Assembly: GCA_028723425.1 (NCBI GenBank)
Contig: JAQYEZ010000044.1
Span: 1-32,000 of the forward strand
Length of the DNA: 32,000 bases
Source of the DNA: Peptoniphilaceae bacterium
GTDB taxonomy: Bacteria > Bacillota > Clostridia > Tissierellales > Peptoniphilaceae
Reading direction: 5' to 3'
Part shown: one piece after another, positions 1-8,035 of the stretch
How positions within the stretch are numbered: the first letter of the stretch is position 1
Layout of the letters: each line of letters starts with the position of its first letter
Translations under genes and position numbers: made by a program
The notes under the pieces: generated by a model
Databases searched by the model: none
Told to the model about the DNA's origin: nothing
Seen by the model: only the letters and a program-made list of their open reading frames with translations

Positions 1-154
1 TGAATCAATTGATAATGCAATTAAAAGATTCAAAAGACAATGCGCAAGATCCGGTGTTCTAACAGAATACAGAAAAAGAGAACACTACGAAAAGCCAAGC
101 TTAAAGAGAAAGAAAAAATCTGAAGCTGCTAAAAGAAAAAACAGAAGAAAATAA
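1..154 (+). CDS. rpsU: 30S ribosomal protein S21, C-terminal fragment (5' end lies outside the window)
   Basis: Frame 2 reads [50 protein letters not shown], then TAA at 152-154. This is the typical S21 core with its basic tail. Confidence 0.85.
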   Translation, partial: ESIDNAIKRFKRQCARSGVLTEYRKREHYEKPSLKRKKKSEAAKRKNRRK

Positions 155-166
155 TATTTAATAATC

Positions 167-192
167 AAAGGGACCCTTTTGGGTCTTTTTCT
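167..192 (+). terminator. Rho-independent terminator after rpsU
   Basis: GACCC (172-176), loop TTTT, GGGTC (181-185). The stem is extendable with A-U and G-U pairs and is followed by a T-run. Confidence 0.5.
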
Positions 193-447
193 ATTTCTAT
201 ATACAATAAATTTATAGCAAAAGTTCTGTTTGATAAATAATAAATGGGTATAATTAGCAAAAGAGATTTTTACTGATTATTACACCAGCCTAAAACTGTC
301 TTATCAAGGAAAAAAGGCCCTCTTATAGTAAAAAATTACTTAGCATCTTTTGTCATCCATTTTTCCTATGGGAAAGGCACTTTTAGATATATTTTATATA
401 TTTTTTGACCACTCTAGAATATCTGTTAAGGAAATAGTATAATGATT

Positions 448-476
448 TTGACGAAAGGTAAAAAAATTTTTATAAG
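448..476 (+). promoter_or_regulatory. Candidate sigma-A promoter for the DD-carboxypeptidase gene
   Basis: TTGACG (448-453), 17-nt spacer, TATAAG (471-476), about 100 nt upstream of the GTG start. Confidence 0.4.
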
Positions 477-575
477 TAATCACTATATGTGTAAGGGGAT
501 TTTAATTAAAATTATTCATATGATTTTACAAGAGATTTATTTATTGAAAGGTAATTTTAATTTTGGAGATGCAGA

Positions 576-1508
576 GTGAAAAAAATAAAAAAATTATTTA
601 TTATATTAATAACAATAATTATTTTTACTACTGTAATGTCAGTAGGTTTATATAAAAGTAGAATCTATAGTTTTGATTTTTTAAAGGATATATACAGAAA
701 AATTGATTTTAAGTTACACTCAAATGAACTAAGCATTCCACGAGATGCTTTATCTTTTTCGGTTTATGATATTGAAAAAGGAGAATATCTTTTTCGTGAA
801 GGTCAGAGTCAACAGCCTACAGTCGCAAGTTTAGCAAAGCTATTTGACATAGACTATATTTTGAGAAAGGTAGATTTGGATGAAACTGTCTATGTTAATC
901 AAGAGATATTGGATTTTGTACCTAAGGGATCTTCTGTTGCAAATTTGTTAGTTGGAGAATACAAAGTAAAACAATTAATAGAGGGAATGTTGGTTCCTTC
1001 AGGAAATGATGCAGCTTACGCACTAGCTTATCATATTTCAAAGAAGGAGCTTGGAAATGGACAATCTGTTTCAAAATATATTAGTCATTTTATGAACGGC
1101 CTGAATAAATATTTAACAGATGAGGGCTATTCAAAAACGATGTTAAACGAAGATCCTAGTGGTTTTTCCATGACAGCTGATACTCATTTAGATGATATAA
1201 ATCGCATAGCTTTAAAATTGCTTAAATATGATTTCGTGAGAAATTGTGTTTCTAAACCGTATTTTTCAATTAAAACTCCACAAGGTGAAATAAAATGGGA
1301 AAATACAAATAAGTTTTTGTCAAAGAAATCACCTTACTATAATAAGAATGTCAAAGGAATAAAAACAGGTACAATGGCTTCTTCATATAATATAGTTGTA
1401 CTTTATGAAAAAGAAGGGAAAACATATTTGATAACCTGCTTGGCGGCATTATCAGATGATGGAAGGTACAAAGCAGTACAGTCTGCCATAAACACAATTA
1501 TCAAATAG
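576..1508 (+). CDS. Serine-type D-alanyl-D-alanine carboxypeptidase (peptidase S11, PBP5-like), N-terminally membrane anchored
   Basis: GTG start 7 nt after GGAG (565-568). N-terminal hydrophobic helix. All three penicillin-binding motifs are present in order: SxxK (SLAK), SxN (SGN) and KTG (KTGT). Confidence 0.8.
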   Translation: MKKIKKLFIILITIIIFTTVMSVGLYKSRIYSFDFLKDIYRKIDFKLHSNELSIPRDALSFSVYDIEKGEYLFREGQSQQPTVASLAKLFDIDYILRKVDLDETVYVNQEILDFVPKGSSVANLLVGEYKVKQLIEGMLVPSGNDAAYALAYHISKKELGNGQSVSKYISHFMNGLNKYLTDEGYSKTMLNEDPSGFSMTADTHLDDINRIALKLLKYDFVRNCVSKPYFSIKTPQGEIKWENTNKFLSKKSPYYNKNVKGIKTGTMASSYNIVVLYEKEGKTYLITCLAALSDDGRYKAVQSAINTIIK

Positions 1509-1586
1509 ATAAAATGTTTTAAGTTTATCACTAAATAAATTTAGTAAGATAAATTTTCATTTTGCAAAGTTGAATAAAAACACATT

Positions 1587-1623
1587 AGACGATAGAAAAA
1601 TAAAAAAAGCTATCGTCTTTTTT
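1587..1623 (+). terminator. Rho-independent terminator after the carboxypeptidase gene
   Basis: AGACGATAG (1587-1595) pairs with CTATCGTCT (1610-1618) around an A-rich loop and is followed by TTTTT. Confidence 0.65.
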
Positions 1624-1799
1624 AGTGCAAAAACATAAGGAGGTAAAGATGAGAATAATGATTTTTATACTAATCACTGGATAGGATACAATAAATATAA
1701 AGGCTTTGATTAGAATATATGAAGTGATTAGGACAAATTAGCAGATTATAGGTCTATAACTTTTGCTCTAGATTTAAAATTAAAGCTTTTATAAATTAT

Positions 1800-1828
1800 T
1801 TGACAGAAAACGTTTTAAGGTTTATAGT
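1800..1828 (+). promoter_or_regulatory. Sigma-A promoter of the riboflavin operon
   Basis: TTGACA (1800-1805), 17-nt spacer, TATAGT (1823-1828), placed just upstream of the FMN riboswitch. Confidence 0.6.
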
Positions 1829-1849
1829 TATTAATGAAATATATAACAC

Positions 1850-1958
1850 AAATCTTCAGGGCGGAGTGAAATTCTCCACCGGCGGTTAGAGTCCGCGAGC
1901 GCAAGCTGAATCAGTGAAATTCTGATACCGACAGTTACAGTCTGGATGGAAGAAGAAA
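1850..1958 (+). promoter_or_regulatory. FMN riboswitch (RFN element) aptamer
   Basis: Contains the conserved RFN strings CTTCAGGGCGGAGTGAAATTCTCCACCGGCGGT ... GTCCGCGAGCGCAAGCTGAATCAGTGAAATTCTGATACCGACAGT.ACAGTCTGGATGGAAGAAG. The P1 helix TCTTC (1853-1857) / GAAGA (1949-1953) closes the aptamer. It lies directly upstream of ribD. Confidence 0.93.
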
Positions 1959-1984
1959 AAAGCTAAATTTTCTTATGAATTTAT

Positions 1985-2012
1985 AGGTCCCTGAAGTGGG
2001 GCCTTTTCTTTT
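1985..2012 (+). terminator. FMN-riboswitch expression-platform terminator
   Basis: AGGTCCC (1985-1991) pairs with GGGGCCT (1998-2004, one G-U pair), followed by TTTCTTTT. CCCTGAAG (1989-1996) is exactly complementary to the P1 5' strand CTTCAGGG (1854-1861), which gives an antiterminator alternative. Confidence 0.75.
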
Positions 2013-2044
2013 GCCAAAAATGAAGATTGTGGATTGGAGGCAAA

Positions 2045-3121
2045 ATGAATGATAAAGATTATATGAAAAAAGTTTTTGACCTAGCTAAGAAAGGAGTAGG
2101 CCATGTATCTCCTAATCCTTTGGTTGGAGCTCTTATTGTGAAAAATGGAAAAATTATTGGCCAGGGTTACCATGAGCATTACGGTATGGCGCATGCGGAA
2201 AGAAATGCCATAGAAAATGCAAGTGAATCTGTAGAAGGAGCAACGCTTTATTGCAATTTAGAACCTTGTTCTCATGTAGGAAAACAACCTCCCTGTGCGG
2301 ATCTTTTGATAGAAAAAAAGATAAAAAAAGTTGTTATCTCAAATTTAGATAATAATCCTAAGGTTGATTCTATACAGAAATTAAAGGATGCGGGTATAGA
2401 GGTAGAAATTGGCCTTTTAGAAGATCAAGGAAGAAAACTTAATGAAATATTTTTCTATAATATGAAATATGGAAAAATTTTTATAGCTTTAAAATATGCT
2501 ATGACCCTTGATGGAAAAATTGCAACTGAAAATGGTGATTCTAAGCGGATTTCTTGTGAAAAATCAAGAACCTATGTGCACCAATTAAGGTCAAGATATG
2601 ATGCAATCCTTGTTGGAAAGAACACTGTAGAAAAAGATGATCCACAGCTTACTTCAAGAATTGATGGAGGAGTCGATCCTATTAGGGTAATATTAGATAC
2701 TAATTTTAGCCTTGATAAGGATAAGAAGATTTTTAATTTAAAATCTGACAAAAAAACCTATATAGCTACTATTTCTGATAAAAATAGACCAGAAATAAAG
2801 GCCGAAGTCATTAGGTGTAAGGAAGATAAAGGAAAAATAGATTTAGAAGATCTTTGCCAAAAACTTTATCAAAGAAATATTAGATCTCTTCTTGTAGAAG
2901 GAGGAGCTAGTGTAAATAATTCATTTCTTGAAGCAAATCTTATAAATAAAATTTATGCCTTTATTTCCCCTCAAATAATTTCAGGCTATAAATCAAAAGC
3001 GCCATTTTTTGGACTTGGTGTTAATAAGATAAAAGACTCCTATAAATTCAAATTGACTGATGTGAAAAGATATGACGAAGATGTTTTGATTGAGGCGGAC
3101 AATGTTTACTGGAATAGCTGA
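2045..3121 (+). CDS. ribD: Bifunctional diaminohydroxyphosphoribosylaminopyrimidine deaminase / 5-amino-6-(5-phosphoribosylamino)uracil reductase
   Basis: CDA zinc motifs HAE (HAERNAI) and PCxxC (PCSHVGKQPPCADLL), plus a C-terminal RibD reductase domain. I prefer the ATG at 2045 (GGAGG at 2036-2040) over the TTG at 2027 in the ORF track. Confidence 0.92.
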   Translation: MNDKDYMKKVFDLAKKGVGHVSPNPLVGALIVKNGKIIGQGYHEHYGMAHAERNAIENASESVEGATLYCNLEPCSHVGKQPPCADLLIEKKIKKVVISNLDNNPKVDSIQKLKDAGIEVEIGLLEDQGRKLNEIFFYNMKYGKIFIALKYAMTLDGKIATENGDSKRISCEKSRTYVHQLRSRYDAILVGKNTVEKDDPQLTSRIDGGVDPIRVILDTNFSLDKDKKIFNLKSDKKTYIATISDKNRPEIKAEVIRCKEDKGKIDLEDLCQKLYQRNIRSLLVEGGASVNNSFLEANLINKIYAFISPQIISGYKSKAPFFGLGVNKIKDSYKFKLTDVKRYDEDVLIEADNVYWNS

Positions 3122-3722
3122 AGAAATTGGAAAAGTTACTAAGTTTAATCTTGTTAATGGAAAGGCTGATATAGAAATTTCTTGCAAAAAGGTATTGGAA
3201 GATTTAAAAAATGGAGATTCCATAATGACTGATGGAGTTTGTCTTACTGTTACTGATTTTTCATCTATTAGTTTTAAAGCATCTATGATGGAAGAAAGTT
3301 TAAAAGTTACAAAGTTTGACAAATCAATTCTAGGGAAAAAAGTAAATCTTGAAAGAGCCTTAAAACTTGGAGCAAGACTAGACGGACACTTGGTCCAAGG
3401 ACATGTTGACGGTATTGGTAGGATAATTTCTATTAATAATAATATATTAAGAATAAAGACTAAAGATGAGATTTCTAAATATATAGTAAAAAAGGGCTCT
3501 ATCTGTATTGATGGTATATCTTTGACTGTATCATATGAGAATGGCGATATATTTGAAGTCTCCCTAATACCTGAAACACTTCAAAGAACTAATTTAAGTT
3601 ATAGAAAAATTAACGACTTGGTAAATTTAGAAACAGATATAGTGGCAAGATGCCTAGAAAAGCTTTTTAGACGTGAAGAAAGGATGGATAGAAACTTTTT
3701 ACTTGAGAATGGTTTCTTTTAA
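3102..3722 (+). CDS. ribE: Riboflavin synthase (alpha chain)
   Basis: Canonical N-terminus MFTGIAEEIGKV and an internal duplicated lumazine-binding repeat (GDSIMTDGVCLTV / GSICIDGISLTV). The ATG at 3102 overlaps the ribD end by 20 nt. Confidence 0.92.
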   Translation: MFTGIAEEIGKVTKFNLVNGKADIEISCKKVLEDLKNGDSIMTDGVCLTVTDFSSISFKASMMEESLKVTKFDKSILGKKVNLERALKLGARLDGHLVQGHVDGIGRIISINNNILRIKTKDEISKYIVKKGSICIDGISLTVSYENGDIFEVSLIPETLQRTNLSYRKINDLVNLETDIVARCLEKLFRREERMDRNFLLENGFF

Positions 3723-3727
3723 ATATA

Positions 3728-4936
3728 ATGGAAAAAACTTATGATATGGAAGATATTTTTGAAGATTTAAGAAATGGGAAAATAATCTTGGTATCTGACG
3801 ATGAAAATAGAGAAAATGAAGCAGATATGATATGCGCAGGTGAGAATGTTACAGGAGAAAATGTAAATATAATGGCATCTTTTGGCAAGGGTTTGATTTG
3901 CACACCAATGTCAGATGCCTTTGCCAAGAAATTTAAGCTTAATCAAATGGTTGCAAATAATACAGACAATCACTCCACAGCTTTTACTGTATCAATAGAT
4001 CATATATCTACAACAACTGGTATTTCTGCATTTGAAAGAGCAAAAACTATAAGAGAACTTTGTAATGATAAGTCTAAACCAGAAGATTTCAGAAGGCCTG
4101 GCCATGTTTTTCCCTTAGTAGCAAGAGATGGTGGAGTCTTAACTAGACAAGGCCATACAGAGGCAACTGTAGATCTTTTAACTATGGCAGAGCTTAAACC
4201 AGTAGGACTTTGTTGTGAAATAATGGATATTGATGGTCATATGATGAGGGGCAAAAAGGTAGAAGAATTAGCAGAAAAATTTGGCTTTAAGTTTACTTCA
4301 GTAGCAGCTATAAAAGCTTACAAAGAAAATCATTTTAAATTGATAGAAAGGACAAATGCAGTAAATTTACCCACAGATTATGGCGATTTTAAGGCTATAA
4401 GTTTTTATGATAAGGTTTGGGATAAAGAGCATCTTGCCCTAATTAAGGGAGATATTAGGGGTGAAAATGTATTAACCAGAATACACTCAGAGTGTTTAAC
4501 AGGGGATGTATTTGCTTCCAAAAGATGTGATTGTGGCAGTCAACTTCATGAAGCTATGAGAAAAATAGATGAAAATGGAAGAGGAGTACTTCTTTATATG
4601 AGACAAGAGGGTCGTGGCATAGGTCTATTTAATAAGATAAAGGCCTATGACTTACAAGATCATGGTTATGATACTGTAGATGCTAACCTCGAACTAGGCT
4701 TTGATCCAGACCAACGAGACTACAAAATAGCTGTAGAAATATTAAAAGAACTAGGAGTAAAAAGTCTCAATCTTATGACTAATAATCCAGACAAAATAGA
4801 ACAGGTAGAAAAATATAAACTAAGGGTTAACAAAAGAATTCCTATAGAGATAAAATCGAATGGAGTTGATAAAAAATATCTTAAAACAAAAGTTATCAGA
4901 ATGAGACATCAATTAAGGGAATTTAAGGAGGTTTAG
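3728..4936 (+). CDS. ribBA: Bifunctional 3,4-dihydroxy-2-butanone-4-phosphate synthase / GTP cyclohydrolase II
   Basis: N-terminal DHBP synthase region ([17 protein letters not shown]). C-terminal GCH-II region (CxCG zinc site [29 protein letters not shown]). Confidence 0.93.
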   Translation: MEKTYDMEDIFEDLRNGKIILVSDDENRENEADMICAGENVTGENVNIMASFGKGLICTPMSDAFAKKFKLNQMVANNTDNHSTAFTVSIDHISTTTGISAFERAKTIRELCNDKSKPEDFRRPGHVFPLVARDGGVLTRQGHTEATVDLLTMAELKPVGLCCEIMDIDGHMMRGKKVEELAEKFGFKFTSVAAIKAYKENHFKLIERTNAVNLPTDYGDFKAISFYDKVWDKEHLALIKGDIRGENVLTRIHSECLTGDVFASKRCDCGSQLHEAMRKIDENGRGVLLYMRQEGRGIGLFNKIKAYDLQDHGYDTVDANLELGFDPDQRDYKIAVEILKELGVKSLNLMTNNPDKIEQVEKYKLRVNKRIPIEIKSNGVDKKYLKTKVIRMRHQLREFKEV

Positions 4937-4937
4937 G

Positions 4938-5396
4938 ATGCAAGAATATAGTGCAAGTTTAGTATCAAATGGAAAAAAATATGCAATAGTAGTTTCAAGA
5001 TTTAATAATTTTATCACAGATAGATTATTAGAAGGTTGTCTTGATACACTAAAAAGACATAAAGTCGAAGAAAATAAGGTAGATATTATAAGAGTGCCAG
5101 GAGCTTTTGAAATTCCTCTAATAGCAAAAAAATTAGCAATGAAAGATTATGATGGAATAATATGCTTGGGGGCAGTAATTAGGGGTCAAACAAATCACTA
5201 CGACTATGTTTGTTCAGAAGTTTCCAAGGGAATAGCAAATGTAGGTCTTGAAACAGGAAAGCCAGTAATATTTGGAGTATTAACTACTGATAATATTGAG
5301 CAAGCTGTAGAAAGAGCTGGTAGTAAGGCTGGTAATAAGGGTAGTGAAGCAGCTCTTTCTGCTATAGAAATGGTAAATCTTTTGGATATGATTTAA
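4938..5396 (+). CDS. ribH: 6,7-dimethyl-8-ribityllumazine synthase
   Basis: 152 aa with the typical [14 protein letters not shown] and [14 protein letters not shown] motifs. Starts 1 nt after the ribBA stop. Confidence 0.93.
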   Translation: MQEYSASLVSNGKKYAIVVSRFNNFITDRLLEGCLDTLKRHKVEENKVDIIRVPGAFEIPLIAKKLAMKDYDGIICLGAVIRGQTNHYDYVCSEVSKGIANVGLETGKPVIFGVLTTDNIEQAVERAGSKAGNKGSEAALSAIEMVNLLDMI

Positions 5397-5992
5397 TGCT
5401 TATAATTTTTGACTTTGATGGGACTATTCATCAAACCCATATAATTTATAAAAAAGCCATGGAAGTTTCTCTAAAGGAGCTTGGAATAAATATAGATGAC
5501 TTAGATTTTAAAAGCCTCATAGGAAAAGATCCTTATGAAACATGGAGATTTTTGGGAATTAAAGAGGAAAAAATTGCCCATATGGTAAATAAAACGGGCT
5601 TGATGATGGATGAAAATATGAGCTTATTTGGTAAACTTTACCAAGGCTCTTACCAAACTCTTTCATATTTGAAAGATAAATATGACCTAATGATATGTTC
5701 AAACTGTAGAAACTCTTATATGGAGGCTGCAAGAAAAACTTATGGTCTTGATAGATATTTTAAAGCCTACCTTACAGGAGAGGATTATAATTTTATAGAT
5801 AAGTATAAAATACTTAAAAGTCTATACTTGGAAGAATTTATTGTTGTAGGTGATAGGGAAAATGATATAGAAGCAGGCTATAAAAATAAGATGAAAACCA
5901 TATTTGCAGCATATGGCTATGGAGCTATAGAAGAAGCAAAACATGCATCATATATAATTAATGATGTAAGAGAATTAATGAAAATCTTATAA
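5396..5992 (+). CDS. HAD-superfamily phosphatase, last gene of the rib operon
   Basis: HAD motif I FDFDGT at residues 6-11 and motif IV GDRENDIEAG. The start overlaps the ribH stop (TAATG at 5394-5398). Confidence 0.8.
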   Translation: MLIIFDFDGTIHQTHIIYKKAMEVSLKELGINIDDLDFKSLIGKDPYETWRFLGIKEEKIAHMVNKTGLMMDENMSLFGKLYQGSYQTLSYLKDKYDLMICSNCRNSYMEAARKTYGLDRYFKAYLTGEDYNFIDKYKILKSLYLEEFIVVGDRENDIEAGYKNKMKTIFAAYGYGAIEEAKHASYIINDVRELMKIL

Positions 5993-6021
5993 TAAAAATC
6001 CTAAATATTTTATATAAAAAT

Positions 6022-6065
6022 GTGGCTGTTGCAAAAAATAAGCTTTCCTGCAACAGCCACTTTTT
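6022..6065. terminator. Bidirectional rho-independent terminator between the rib operon and the convergent CC-motif gene
   Basis: Perfect 12-bp stem GTGGCTGTTGCA (6022-6033) / TGCAACAGCCAC (6049-6060), with an A-run on the 5' side and a T-run on the 3' side. Confidence 0.8.
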
Positions 6066-6378
6066 AGTTAGCTAAAATATTTATTTCGTTAGCTACATAG
6101 AGTTTTTTAAATTTCAACAAACCGACACATCCTATATCTAATATTGAATTATCATCAAAATAGAAATTTAAGGATGGACTAAAATATACATCTATCAAAT
6201 CTGAATCGGCTTTTTTGTAATTTTTAACTTTATCCTTTGCATTTTCTGTTACCTTAAAGTCAACCGATCCCATACCACAGCAATTAGCTTTTGAGTTAAG
6301 ATCTAAATCTACAACAAGATTATCGATATTTTTTTCTTTTATAAATTCTTTAGCTTTATTGCTAAAACTTACTTTCAT
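6064..6378 (-). CDS. Small (104 aa) cytoplasmic protein with a central CCG motif, function unknown
   Basis: ORF with AAAGGGG upstream of the ATG. The sequence ...NSKANCCGMGSVDFKV... carries adjacent cysteines. The N-terminus (VSFSNKAKEFIKEK) resembles IscA/HesB-type small proteins. See findings. Confidence 0.6.
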   Translation of the reverse strand: MKVSFSNKAKEFIKEKNIDNLVVDLDLNSKANCCGMGSVDFKVTENAKDKVKNYKKADSDLIDVYFSPSLNFYFDDNSILDIGCVGLLKFKKLYVANEINILAN

Positions 6379-6456
6379 ATTTACCCCTTTACTAAAAATT
6401 TTGGAATAATATTAAAATTATTTAATGCTTAAATATATTAAACATTAACCTATCGA

Positions 6457-7275
6457 TTAATCAAGGGAAAGTATATAGTCATAGAGTTCATTTTTTGAAA
6501 AATTTGCTTTATTTTTAATTATTTTTACTATATCCTTGGTTTTATAATTTTCTTGTTTTAAACTTTCTATTTCTTCTCTGTAATCTTCTAGACTAATTTT
6601 TTTCTCTTTTGTGTTCTTAGAAAGTATAAGTACAAATTCGCCTTTAATAACTAGGTCGTTAGTATTGATATCTGATATTTTTTCTATTTTATATTCTTCA
6701 AATTTTTTGGTAATCTCTCTTGCTAAGCACAAATATCTATCGGGAAAAATCTTTTTAAAATCATCAAGAGTATTTGTTAGATTATGTGGTGTATCTAAAA
6801 TAATAGAAGTTTTATCTTCGCTTTTTAATTTTTCGTAAAAGATTTTTTTATCAGAAGCTTTCTTAGGAACAAAGCCATAATAAGAAAACTCATCATTGTC
6901 AAAACCAGATCCTACAAGGGCTGTTAAAATAGAAGAAGCACCAGGAAGGATAGTATAAGAAGTGCCACTTTCTATACATTTTTTTATAAGAATATGACCT
7001 GGATCAGATATGCCAGGCATGCCTTGGTCTGTTATTATTGCAATAGTTTTTCCTTCTTTTGCAGCTTCTATTAATTCATCAGATTTTTTTTGCTCGTTAA
7101 ATTTATGATATGAAGTAAGAGGCTTTTTTATAGAAAAATAATTCAAAAGTTTGACACTCTCTCTTGTATCTTCGCAAGCTATAAGATCTACTTCTTTTAA
7201 AACATTTATTGATCTAATTGTCATATCTTCCAAATTTCCTATAGGAGTTGGGACAAAATATATACTATAATCCAT
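6457..7275 (-). CDS. rsmI: 16S rRNA (cytidine1402-2'-O)-methyltransferase
   Basis: Tetrapyrrole-methylase fold N-terminus YFVPTPIGNLEDMTIRSINVLKEVDLIACEDTR, plus ITDQGMPGISDPG. Confidence 0.9.
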   Translation of the reverse strand: MDYSIYFVPTPIGNLEDMTIRSINVLKEVDLIACEDTRESVKLLNYFSIKKPLTSYHKFNEQKKSDELIEAAKEGKTIAIITDQGMPGISDPGHILIKKCIESGTSYTILPGASSILTALVGSGFDNDEFSYYGFVPKKASDKKIFYEKLKSEDKTSIILDTPHNLTNTLDDFKKIFPDRYLCLAREITKKFEEYKIEKISDINTNDLVIKGEFVLILSKNTKEKKISLEDYREEIESLKQENYKTKDIVKIIKNKANFSKNELYDYILSLD

Positions 7276-7963
7276 TTATTTCTTTCACCTCTGTTGAGTA
7301 TTTTCCATTTTCATATATTATGAGAGTATCTTCAAATTTTAACCCCTCTTTGGCATTTTTTACAAATTCACATAGTATAAAAACTGGCTTTGATTTTATA
7401 TGGGATTGAACAAATTTAAGCCTTTTTAATTTTAAATTAAAAGATTTTCTCACTATATCTATAAGCCTTTCCGGTTTATGTATCATGTAAAGTTTTCCTT
7501 TATCTTTCAAGACTTTATTTGAAAAAGTAAAAATATCATCCAAAGTCATAGCAATTTCTTGCCTTGAAACTAAAAATTCGTAGTCTTTATTAGCTATATT
7601 ATCTTCTTTTTTATAGTAGGGAGGATTGGTAATGATATAGTCTACAAAATTTTCTTTAAAATTTGTAGTCTTTAAATCTTTATTTATTATCTCTATATTA
7701 GATATAGAATTTAGGGACAAATTTTTGGCTAGTAAGTTGGCCTTTTCTTTTTGAATTTCTATAGCATAAACTTTGCCAAGCTTATAGTATTCGTTGCATG
7801 CAAGTGCCAATATTCCAGAACCTGATCCTATATCTATAAGAGTTTTGCCTTTTTTCATTTTGGCAAAATTGGCAAGTATTATTGAGTCGATGCCAAAGGA
7901 ATAGGACTTGTCTACATGAATCATTTTGATATTTGTTTTTGGTATATAATCGTATTTTTCCAT
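7265..7963 (-). CDS. SAM-dependent N6-adenine methyltransferase (tRNA1(Val) m6A37 methyltransferase / YabB-like)
   Basis: SAM-binding motif DIGSGSGILAL and catalytic NPPY (ITNPPYY). Overlaps the rsmI start by 11 nt, so the two form an operon. Confidence 0.75.
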   Translation of the reverse strand: MEKYDYIPKTNIKMIHVDKSYSFGIDSIILANFAKMKKGKTLIDIGSGSGILALACNEYYKLGKVYAIEIQKEKANLLAKNLSLNSISNIEIINKDLKTTNFKENFVDYIITNPPYYKKEDNIANKDYEFLVSRQEIAMTLDDIFTFSNKVLKDKGKLYMIHKPERLIDIVRKSFNLKLKRLKFVQSHIKSKPVFILCEFVKNAKEGLKFEDTLIIYENGKYSTEVKEINGL

Positions 7964-7966
7964 AAA

Positions 7967-7994
7967 TTAATCTTATCATTTATATTGCTATAAT
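7967..7994 (+). promoter_or_regulatory. Candidate extended -10 promoter for glmM
   Basis: TGC-TATAAT (7986-7994) with a weak -35 (TTAATC, 7967-7972). Confidence 0.4.
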
Positions 7995-8035
7995 ATCAAT
8001 AAAAAGATAAAATATTAGTTAACGGAGGAAATATC

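Noticed and set aside
155-575. A 420-bp gene-free stretch after rpsU. I scanned it for a tRNA, riboswitch, sRNA or small ORF.
   Set aside because: It contains only weak hairpins (for example TTTCC-TATG-GGAAA near 360-380), a 6-codon minus-strand ORF (MDDKRC) and one plausible promoter for the downstream gene. There is nothing I can support as a discrete feature without comparative data.
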